DNA from: Stegostoma tigrinum
Lineage: Eukaryota
Reading direction: 5' to 3'
DNA: 64,000 nt
Assembly (NCBI RefSeq): GCF_030684315.1
Contig: NC_081369.1
Span: forward strand, 9,276,035 to 9,340,034
Shown here: piece by piece, positions 12,891 through 22,923 of the stretch
How positions within the stretch are numbered: position 1 is the first letter of the stretch
How the letters are laid out: every line of letters begins with the position of its first letter
Translations under genes and position numbers: made by a program
Notes under the pieces: model-generated
What the model saw: only the letters and a program-made list of their open reading frames with translations
Told to the model about the DNA's origin: nothing
Database searches by the model: none

Positions 12891-14859
12891 TTAAGTTCTA
12901 CTGTACCCTCACCATTTAAATGCAAACTTCAGTGTCAGTGATATCTTCTTACCTGAACTGGAAATGAGAATTCAAATGAAAGTTAACATTGATAACGATA
13001 TTATCTGTCATCAGCGAATGTCAATTATTTTGAAATACAGTTTACGGGAATGGTATGATTGCAGAATATTAAAAAAACTTTCATAGCAATATCGATAGTT
13101 ATTTGTTTGATAAAGATGTCCCTATTGAAAGATGTTAAATTAAGTGTGCCCTCCTCTACAATCAGTTGCTAACTCATTCTGTTGTGGTTCAAACCCGAAA
13201 GTGAAGAAGGACGGGTGTCTGGGAAACGTAAACTGTAAAACAATGCAATATCTCAACTTATCCATCTTACAATGCCAACGGGACTGATCTCCCATACTAA
13301 CTCCAATTCTCTACCTATCTCCATATTTGTTGACACTTTATTCATTTTGTTGTCGTGTGTTTTGCAAGAAAGTTAAATATTTCTCGTTTATCTCGATGTA
13401 CCTGTGAGATATTGGCGATGAGGTGATTGGGCAGGACGGGGTTACAGTCAGAGATTTTTTACGGTCGCCGATGGAATTTAGAATAGAACGGCTGATACTC
13501 AAAATAAGCAGTGTCTCATTCGAACATCTACAACTAAGTTAAGGAGAAACTTACTTGGTTTGAATATCTACAAACTTGACTACCTCAGCCAGTTGCGTTT
13601 GCTCTATTCTTAAATAAATTAAACACTATGATAGAAAATTTCTGAACTTTCAGGAATTAAAGAATCTGTACTGCGTGGCAGTAACTGCAGCTGAGGTGGA
13701 AAACCAGGCATGTTTGCCTGCAGAGGGAGAAACTGTCTTCAGGGGACTTATTATCCGGTCTAGGTCTAAACGGTTACTGTGCTGTGTTTGCTCAGTGCAA
13801 AACCATTTCAGCCAATAATCAAGAGAAACCTCGGCGAACCTTTCTCTGGAGCTACAGAGATATCAGGCAGGCTAAGAACCCCCGAAGTTTATGCAATGAA
13901 GACGTTCAGCAATGAGATGGTTTTCCTTGGTCCGCAAACGATGCTCTCTTATATTTCAAGTAAAATGCAGAACAAAAACCTCCAAGTTGCGATAAGATGC
14001 AGCTTTGCAAAACCCTTGTTGCAATCCAGACTTGTCAATCATTTTTGACATTGCTTTCACGTTTCATGTGTATTTGCATTCGGGAATATGAGAACTAAGT
14101 AATTATTTCAAATATTACTACATTTTATTTATTCCAGGATATGCAAGACATAAACAAGAGCTGGCAGATTCTGAAACGGCAACGAATTTTGCTGTAATAG
14201 AAATAGTATAACATAGTCATTCCAGAATATTTCAATCTACTGGCTGAAATATCGGTCAGCTGACAGTAACTCTTTCAAACTATGGTGAGAAATGATGGTG
14301 CAAGTAATTATTTTTTAATATTTCATGGAAATTTTCCGGGTTACTTAAAGATGTGCCGAGGTACTAACTGATTGTTAATAAAACGATGCTTCCTCAGGTT
14401 TGAGGAAGCATATCTTAATATTGTAAATTTGCTGCTCATGTCAGTAATACTGCCCTCTTGCGTAAACGCTGGCAGTATTATATATTATCTATAGGCAGCA
14501 CAGTGCTCCAATGATTGCATTTGTGTACACATGTATAGGTTATCGTTTGTGCGCCTCATCTCAAATTCTTGTCAACTCTTGTTGCAAATTGGTGAAAACC
14601 CACAGCTGTATATTTGTATTCTGGCACGTGTAGGGATAATGTACTAAGGCCGTGCATTTTATTGCATTGGATTTGATCAGAAGCAAGAAGTTATCCCGCC
14701 ACAAATATGAAGGGGAAAAATACATTTATGCCAAGGTTGATTTATTGGCATAGATCACCAACATACGATTAACATTTATGCAAATATGAAGGCAATGGAT
14801 TCTTGTGGATTGACACTGTTCACAACTGTGGCGTTTTGCAACCCTGCTGATAACAACTT

Positions 14860-14974
14860 CGAAGCACTGCCTAAAGCTGTGAAAATGATAAATTGGGTAT
14901 ATTATTATGAAACATTGGATTTGCAAGAAAGTGCAAAAATTAAGAGAAATATTCGAGAATGTGCCCAATTGTAG
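14860..14974 (+). pseudogene. ITIM-like cytoplasmic exon remnant
   Basis: VYYYETLDLQESAKIKRNIRECAQL* aligns with the last exon of the intact gene (YSPLKFSVSAKK...HAQ). The acceptor was not identified. Confidence 0.4.
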
Positions 14975-15535
14975 ATAAACAAGGGAAAGTGGACTACTGA
15001 CACTGTCCACGTGGAAACAATATAAATGAGTAAAAAACGTATACGCGCAAACGTCATTCTATTGTTGTCGATATTTTCTGATCAATATGTTAATGAATGA
15101 TATTACACAACCTCTTTAGCAGGAGGGACTTGACGCCAAACATCTAGCCCAGTAGCAGCAATACCGACATTTCTCCACAGGAGATTTTGGCTTTATTTCT
15201 GTGTTGTGTCATGTCAACTCAGGTTTGTGAATAGTGGGTGATAACATTCAACAGAGATATAAGACATTACATTGATGTCATTACATGGAACGTTATCTAC
15301 AGTAAAACGAAAATGCATTCAAGTATTTGTTTTATGTTCCGCTAAAGGTTTTTATGAATGAAAACTTTCTCACAAAATCTACTGCTATAATTTTTATATG
15401 AACTGAGTCAATATATTTCTCTGATTGTGGTTTCGCAATACTATGGTATTATCTGGTTTGTACAAAGTTCTGAATTCAACAAACACAGAAGCTATGCTAC
15501 CTGCTAAAAATCAGCATGCTACCTACTGAAAATCA

Positions 15536-15897
15536 GGGTAGCTGATGGCCTGGTGGAATTATCATCAGACTGTTAATCTAGAGACCCAAACCATGTTCGG
15601 GGGACCTGGGTTCGAATTTCCCCACGTCAGATGGTGGAATTTGAACTCGATACGTACTTGGAGTTACGAATCTAATGGCTATGAGTACATTGTCGATGGT
15701 GAGTTGAAAAATCCTTCTGGTTCACTGATGCCCCTTAGGCAATGAAACTACCGTCCTTACCTGGTCTAGTGTACATGTAACTACAGCCCCACAGCAATGT
15801 GGCTGACTCTTAACTGCCCTCTGGACAATTAGGAATGCGTAATAGATGCTGACCTAGCCAGTGATTCTCGCATCGTGTGAATTAATAATAATAATAA
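15536..15897 (+). mobile_element. tRNA-derived SINE (abundant elasmobranch family)
   Basis: A-box-like tggcctggtgg, B-box ggttcgaatttcc, body ctggttcactgatgcccc...gactcttaactgccctctg and an (AAT)n tail. A related minus-strand head lies at ~4610-4750. Confidence 0.75.
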
Positions 15898-17559
15898 ATC
15901 CTGCTTTTTTCCCCTTGGTAAGTGATATTCTCAGGTCAGTGATTTGATTTCTGTTGTATTTTGCAGTCTTGTGACTGCCAGTCTTGTTTATATTACTGAT
16001 ATGAGATGGTTGAAGGTTCAGTCTATGGAACAATCCAAGAATCTCCTGTTTCCGATTCCCCCCCCCCCACCTTTTTGCTAATTTTAACCGTTTACCTAAC
16101 TCTTATGTATTTATGTGGAATCATAAAATATCAAACCTTTTCTGGGATCTGACACTTTTCAAAGAATCATCCAAATGATTCCTCAAACAGCGCAGTTTTC
16201 TAATTTTGAATTTATAACTAATTCTTCACGTATTCTGCTTGCAATAGCGATTACACTTCGGTATTCCTTTGCCCTTTAATTAAAGAATCAATTGAATCGA
16301 CTTAAGTTATGTGCCATTTTAAACTATTGTTAATTCAAAGTTATTATGATACAAAGTAAAACGAAATTTCTTTACTGGAATCTATGAAGCTATGATTTGA
16401 TTGGGCACAGCTCTCTGCCAAAGGTACCGTGTTTTATTTTGCCACAATAGATTTTCCTGTAGCCATCTATTGTTTCAATATCAAAGCGATACAAATCATC
16501 GTGACAATGCATGAACAGAAGTGGTGGTCTACGTTAAAGACCACTGGACCACTGGACATATTGACCACATCAATATGTGGGTGAAATGTTAGCTTGACAG
16601 AATGCTGGATATTTTTTAACTTGATTGACGTAATCATCCGTAAAACCAATATCGACAATGGTCAGATGCTAATCAAGCTTGCTAGTTGCTAACCAACCAA
16701 CACATTTAATGCTAAGTTTAATTTTGTTTATAGCAGGATACTGACAATATGTCTGGTGACGAATAGTAACAGCTTTGCCTCTGCATGTTTTGGTACTATA
16801 TCTACACACACTGTTCAGATCCTACAAATATGCCATTTCATACTTTTCTGTCTAAATTTTCAAAATGTTTTCTTGATATTGCCGAAAATGTGAGTGCTTC
16901 AGCTTATATGATATCGATTTCCATTTTAGACAATCCATTTCCTTGTTCAAAACATTTTGACTGCTTGTGGAGAATTGGTCTGTTTTCTTATCCCAATCCC
17001 AATATTCCTCTGTGCATAGCGTATTTTAAATTTAACCATGTTTGGGTTTGGTTCGTTATATAAATTGCAGCCTCTCTAATATTCGGCGCTGAGGACAAGT
17101 CAGCACATTTCCTTTACTCAACAAGAAATTTTAGAGTAAGACAAAGTACTGACATAAAGAGGGAACGTTATTGACAAGTATCGTATTGTTAACAACAAAC
17201 CTATCCTTAATAAATCTATTACAGGAAGATCAACCTCTTCTGAGGAGAAAAAAGATGAAAAATCAGAAGTCTTTTAACTTTAACACACTTTGTTCAAGTG
17301 ACAGTTTAATGAAAAAAAGTAAGAAATCACAAGTTATCCCATTTACTGTTCTGATTCAGTAATTAATCTACACACACCGAAGCTGCTCGAACTGACTGTC
17401 TTCCTTGAACCACTGCAATTGGCTGATTTCTCTTTACGATGATAATGACCTCGATTTCAAGAGAATCCTCTTTAGGAACCACTTCGCAGCGATAAAAATG
17501 ACTTTTGATGGTCACCAACTCTCACACATATTTGGGAAGAGTTTCAAAGAAGGCAAGTG

Positions 17560-18025
17560 TAATAATTGGCTATTGCATTGAACGTTTTAGGAGGCTTACA
17601 CTCAAATCTGAATATGAGTTTGCTACTTTAACATATTGAGGCAGTTCTTTGCAAGTTCGATTAACGAGAGGACACCTTATGAAAACATTAAGAAAGCGTT
17701 TCTTTGGGAACTTCACGGTACAACGCGAATGCGATGTTTGACTTCGCAAGAGAATTAGGACCAGAGGAGCATAATTTCAGGGTACAGGAATGGTCATTTA
17801 AGACACACATTAGATCTTTTTTTCATCCAGAGGGCAGTGAATCTCTGGAATTCTGTGCCACAGAGCATTACTGAGGCAAACTGAAGGCTGACACAGGCAG
17901 GTATCTGGACCAAGGGCTAAAGGAACATGGCAAAAGGAGAACTCGAGGATTAACAGGCCAACAATGATCTAATTGATTGGAATGATAGAGTCAATGGGTT
18001 GAATGGCTTAATTCGGCTGTTATGA
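17560..18025 (+). mobile_element. Decayed CR1 3' fragment
   Basis: aggaccagaggagcataat (TRGH-like), cagagggcagtgaatctctggaattc and tail gggttgaatggc. Confidence 0.65.
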
Positions 18026-18859
18026 TTTATAATTGATTAAGTTTTGAGCAGGAGGAATAGACAGACATGAGCATTTCATGAGAGAAAAAGCAAATACTGA
18101 CATTACATGATGTAATAAAAATACACTTTAGCTATAGAAATTGGAGAAAATTACAGTCATGAAGTCCATCAAGGAAATTTTAAAGTGTCTATTGATTCTC
18201 CTTATGGAATAGGAAGAAAAGAATGTGAAGGTATTGATATGTCAATTGACATATCATTGGGTGAAATGAAGTGGCAAATGCCACTTGGATATTGCCTCTG
18301 CAGAACAGATGGCAGATAGAATATTTGCAATTTTGTATCCCCATCGAAGAGGTTTATATGAATTGTGATGCAATGAGCAAGCTTGTATCGAGTGCATGCG
18401 TCTTAGTTCCTGAAGCATGCTGGCAAAAATATCGAAATCCAAAGACCGAAAATGTCAGGGATCAACATGAAACGACCTAGACACAATAGCCGACATGATG
18501 CTGTCACCATCTCAATATGGCATAAAAACAATTAATGTACAGCAGCATTGACTGGATGAGTATGGAAGCGATGTATCTCCAAATAAAACACGAGACAAAG
18601 CATGACCAGCAGGTGGTGCTAAGTGCTTTATATCTGGCCATTTGGAACAATCTAAGAAATATCATGAAGAACAACAACTGCAAAACCTCAGTGAAGAAAG
18701 GCCAGGGGAAAGAAAATCCAGTTTAATTGAAATGAATAAAAACAAATATCATTCCGAGGAATTACTGAGACAGGATAAGGAGAAAGACAACTTTCCTAGG
18801 TAAAGTCAAACAGAATGAAACCAGAAAATAGATCATCATCTTAAAGTCGCAGTTTAATT

Positions 18860-19162
18860 TTAGATTACCTACAGTGTGGAAACAGGCCCTTCGGCCCAAC
18901 AAGTCCACACCGCCCCTTGGAACATCCCACCCAGACTCATCCCCCTATAACTCACACACTCCTGAACACTATTAGCAGGGCGAATCCACCTAGCCTGTAC
19001 ATCTTTGGACTGTGGGAGGAAACCGGAGCACCCGTAGGAAGCCCACGCAGACACTAGGAGAATGTGCAAACTCCACACAGACGGTTACCCGAGGCTGGAA
19101 TCGAACCCGGGTCCCTGGTGCTGTGAGGCTGCAGTGCTCACCACTGAGCTACCTTGCCGCCC
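18860..19162 (-). mobile_element. HE1 SINE (shark V-SINE), near full length
   Basis: tRNA-like head (ggttcgattccagcc on the minus strand), V-domain gtgtggagtttgcacattctcc, and a 3' tail shared with the CR1/HER1 LINE ending in (TCTAA)n. Confidence 0.9.
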
Positions 19163-19206
19163 CAAAACGAGATTCCTCGAAGCTCAGCCCTAACCAGGGC
19201 AGTAAC

Positions 19207-19275
19207 TGGCTGCACCCGGAGTTGAACTCGGATCGCAGAGCTCAGAAGCCAGCGTGCTGACCACTATACCACAGC
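19207..19275 (-). tRNA. tRNA-Gln(CTG)-like pseudogene
   Basis: Minus strand agctgTGGTATAGTGGTCAGCACGCTGGCTT-CTG-AGCTCTGCGATCCGAGTTCAACTCCGGGTGCAGCCA aligns with vertebrate tRNA-Gln(CTG). A and B boxes are present, but the anticodon and T stems are mispaired. Confidence 0.6.
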
Positions 19276-19770
19276 TGCCAGATTCTGTCGTACAGGCAAG
19301 CACTTTACCATCGCTGATGTGTGTGACAGTCAGGCAAATTAATACAAAGATAACAAGATAGACGTGTTGAAAATATAAATAGAAATAACTGAACATGAGT
19401 TAGAAGCCAATTCAGGGACATCTTTGCAGAGTGGCCACGTTTGGTAACTCCATATTCAAGGGTTTTCAGTCTCCTGGAAGAATAGGCAAAATTGTAAAGG
19501 AGATGAAGTAGTTTTGTTCACGAAGGCGAGTATCAGTGTACAACCTGGAGTGGATTCAGTTCAAGTGAAAATGCAAAATAGCACGGCAAAGACTTCATGG
19601 CTGGGGCTTTTCTACATGCCACTGATTTGCTTCACTATTGGGCATTTTGCGCTGTAAGTACAGTAGACTAGATTCGGAGAAGCGGTGCTTCACTTGGAAG
19701 GTGTGTCAGAGACCTTGGATATTGAGGAGGAAGGAAGTAAATGGTCAGGCATTACACCTTCTGTGCACAA

Positions 19771-19861
19771 GATGAAGGGTCTAGGCCTGAAACGTCAGCT
19801 TTTGTGCTCCTGAGATGCTGCTTGGCCTGCTGTGTTCATCCAGCTCCACACTTTGTTATCT
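19771..19861 (+). repeat. Penelope-terminal repeat fragment with 5'-truncated hammerhead core
   Basis: gatgaagggtctaggcctgaaacgtcagcttttgtgctcctgagatgctgc; the CT of CTGATGA is missing. Confidence 0.75.
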
Positions 19862-19994
19862 GGCACGTAAGTAAGCGACTGGTTCTCGCATCCTGTTGAA
19901 CGGAGTGGAAATGGCAGTTTACAGACCTTTGGGTGTGGGTTCTGGTGATCACAATGTCGTCGCCTCTACATTGCAGAGATTTTTTAATGATTGA

Positions 19995-20092
19995 GATTAG
20001 ATTAGATTCCCTACAGTGTGGAAACAGGCCCTTTGGGCCAACAAGTCCACACTGCCGGTTGAAGCATCCCACCCAGACCCATCCCCCATAAC
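19995..20092 (-). mobile_element. HE1 SINE 3' fragment
   Basis: Highly similar to 18860-18950. Confidence 0.85.
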
Positions 20093-21179
20093 CTGAAGCG
20101 CAGACTGAGGAATTGATTTGAAGAACATGTGCGTTTTGTCTGCAAAAATGATCTTGAACTTGCTGTTGCCGATCACTTCAATACGCGAGTGTTCGCTTGC
20201 GAGTATCTTTGAATCGGGCTTGCTGCAGAGCTCCAGCGAAGTTATTGCAAGCTGGATGAGTAACATCTCATTTTCTGTCTTGGGACACTGGAGCCCTCAG
20301 AACTCAATATAGACTTCAATCCTTTAAAAGGATAAGTACCTTCTCCCCTCTCCTTACCCCAAACTGCAAACAACATGAGCTGCTATCATAACCAACCCAT
20401 TGTAAGCTACCAATGGTCCAGGTCATGAGGAAGAAGCTGATTTTGGAAGAAATGCTGACAAGAGTGTACAAAGTTATTAGAAGTTTTAGTAAAATTGAAA
20501 CAAAAGAATCACAATGCTCTGTAAAATAGTCTAACGCACCTGCTTGCATTGTGCCAGGAATTTCCACATTGCTTGATTACAATGAAGATTTTTTCCTGAG
20601 CAGGATATTTTGTGATCTAGGTAGTTTAAAATCAATATTGTCAGGGGCATTGATGCACACATGTAGAGCAGATGAGCCGCGAAGCTGGCCTGCCTGGCTT
20701 ACAGTTAAGGAAGCTATTGTGCAACACTAGATCGCTACCCCATGTCCTCCATTGCATCTACACAAATTAAGTGCACGTGTTTTTATGGTTGCATAATTTA
20801 GCAAATATTTCGAATTAATGATTCTCCAAAGGGAGAGTCACCCTTTATTTGGACGGAGTGCTTCGCACCACTTCTCATAAGGAAAACATGCAGGTTGCGC
20901 CCTCGAGATGCAACGTACCGCTGCATTTTGTCTTTTTTTTCTTTTTCACTATTACTTCATCAGAATTTGTTGCATTTCTCCGCTCAATTCAACGTGTTTT
21001 CTGCTCAGTTTTCAGTCTGTCACATCAAACTCAAATGACTCCATTCGAAGGCGCATGTCTGTTATAAATCCCTATGACAGTGGCTGGTAATATAATCACC
21101 ATTTCTCGATGGATCCTGCCCTTCGGCATTTCAAACTATTGATAATGCTCTGCAGCTTCTCCTCTATTATCCATTACAA

Positions 21180-21458
21180 TCAGGTTGCATTCATTGTCAG
21201 GCCGTGGAACAATATCAGAAAGTATAGTTCTGAGAGAAGTTTGTTCACCCAGACATTGTGAGCCTGTGGAATATTCTGTAACAGAAAGCAGTTGAATGTT
21301 TTCATGAAGGCGTTAGATCCCCTTTTCTGAGGGATAAAGAGGTCAAAGAGTGTGGGAAGGAAACAGGAACAGGGTATGAATTGGATCATCGGCCACGATC
21401 ATATTGGATGGAAGAGCAGGCTTGCAGAGCCAAATGGCCTTAACCCTGCTCCTATCTG
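21180..21458 (+). mobile_element. Decayed CR1 3' fragment
   Basis: acccagacattgtgagcctgtggaat...gccaaatggccttaaccctgctcctat tail. Confidence 0.65.
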
Positions 21459-22868
21459 TACCAACCTGGGTTTCGAAAAGGCAGAACATATCTAATTTAT
21501 ATGATTATGACTTTACTAAAGAATGGGCAATGTTGATGAGGACAATGCGAGTGTTTTGGTATCTGTGTAATTTCTAAACATTTCAAACACTGTTACAAAA
21601 TAGGGCAGATAACAGGCCCGTTATTCATGGAATCAAAGCAAAATGGTCGTAGTCGCAGCAATGTCAGATACCAGAGAGAATCGCAAGCATACAATGTCAA
21701 ATTAAAGGAACACTTTCAAATGGAGTTCTGCAATTGGGAGGACCTGAGACTATCTGCGCACTGCTTGGTGAAATTGGCAATGTTCAGAGAGCAAATGATT
21801 AGTGTGATATCCAATTTCAACGGCGTTACTATAATGATAATAACAGTGTACCAAGGCAAGGATATTGTGGCGCAGAATTTGCAAGAATGATAAAAAGAAT
21901 TGAAATTCTTGGCGTTTTGTGGAACGATTTAAATTCCAACTTCAAGCTGCACTCAATTGATTATTTTAGAAGTGCATTCATTGTCATTAAAAAGAAACGC
22001 GGCAATCGACGTGCGCTGCCAAAATCTGCGAAAAGCAATCAGCTAAAAATATCAGGGAGTCTCTGTTTTTATGATGATCGGAGCATAAATACTAGAAAGA
22101 ACGCCAATAATTCCACAACTCTACTTTCATAAAATGAACTCAATGGATTGCTTAACATTTGTTCGACCTTGCACAAAGTTTAAAGTTGCATTGGAAATCC
22201 GGCATCCCTGCCGTTACAGCGTGCCAACGTGTCTGTCCTGGTTTTTGTGTTGCTTTACAGAACTGTATCTTCCACCCAGAAAATTTTAGCACTGAGGAAA
22301 AATTCCAACTCACTGAGAGATTACTTCCCAAAAATTTGCCTGATTCCATGGATGGAAATGAGTGGTGAAGCCCCGTCTATTGCCGTTCAAGACGAAAAAG
22401 TTGAGAATTCAAACCACGAGAGTTCTGAAGGGAATGCATAATGGCCAACTGAGCCCATTGACAGAAACTCCAAGCATCAAAGCCTCCGATTATCGAAAAC
22501 GTGAAAACGATGCTACGTGATCAACATCTGTGGTCAAGACCTGGATGTCCTCATTAAAACAGTGATGGAGCCAGATCTACCTGCGTTTAGAAAGAATATG
22601 GGCATTAGCAGCGTTAGTTAACTCTGCATTTGAAAATCAAATGTCTTTTGCTCTTTTGCATTACTTGATAAACACGATTTCAGACGTGACATACACACAG
22701 AAACTGCAAAATAGCATTGACCATACGAGACTCAAATTACCGACCGCACTCACAGGATGTTAAACGTCATTGCCACGTATCTGATACAGTGAGCAAACTG
22801 GAAACCCGTCTTAGCAGTTACTAAAGCGCGTAGCTGCACAGCGTGGTTAGAACAAACCATCATTAATA

Positions 22869-22923
22869 ATGCCAGCGAGGATGATTTTTTTCTGCCTGAC
22901 ACTACTCGAGTTTATTCTTGCTG
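22869..22923 (+). CDS. Exon 1: signal peptide MPARMIFFCLTLLEFILA
   Basis: ATG at 22869, hydrophobic 18-mer, phase-1 donor G|gtactt, compatible with the V-exon acceptor. Confidence 0.8.

Noticed and set aside
14138-14211. Acceptor followed by GYARHKQELADSETATNFAVIEIV*
   Set aside because: Could be a tail exon of the upstream relic, but there is no clear donor or homology, so it was not called.
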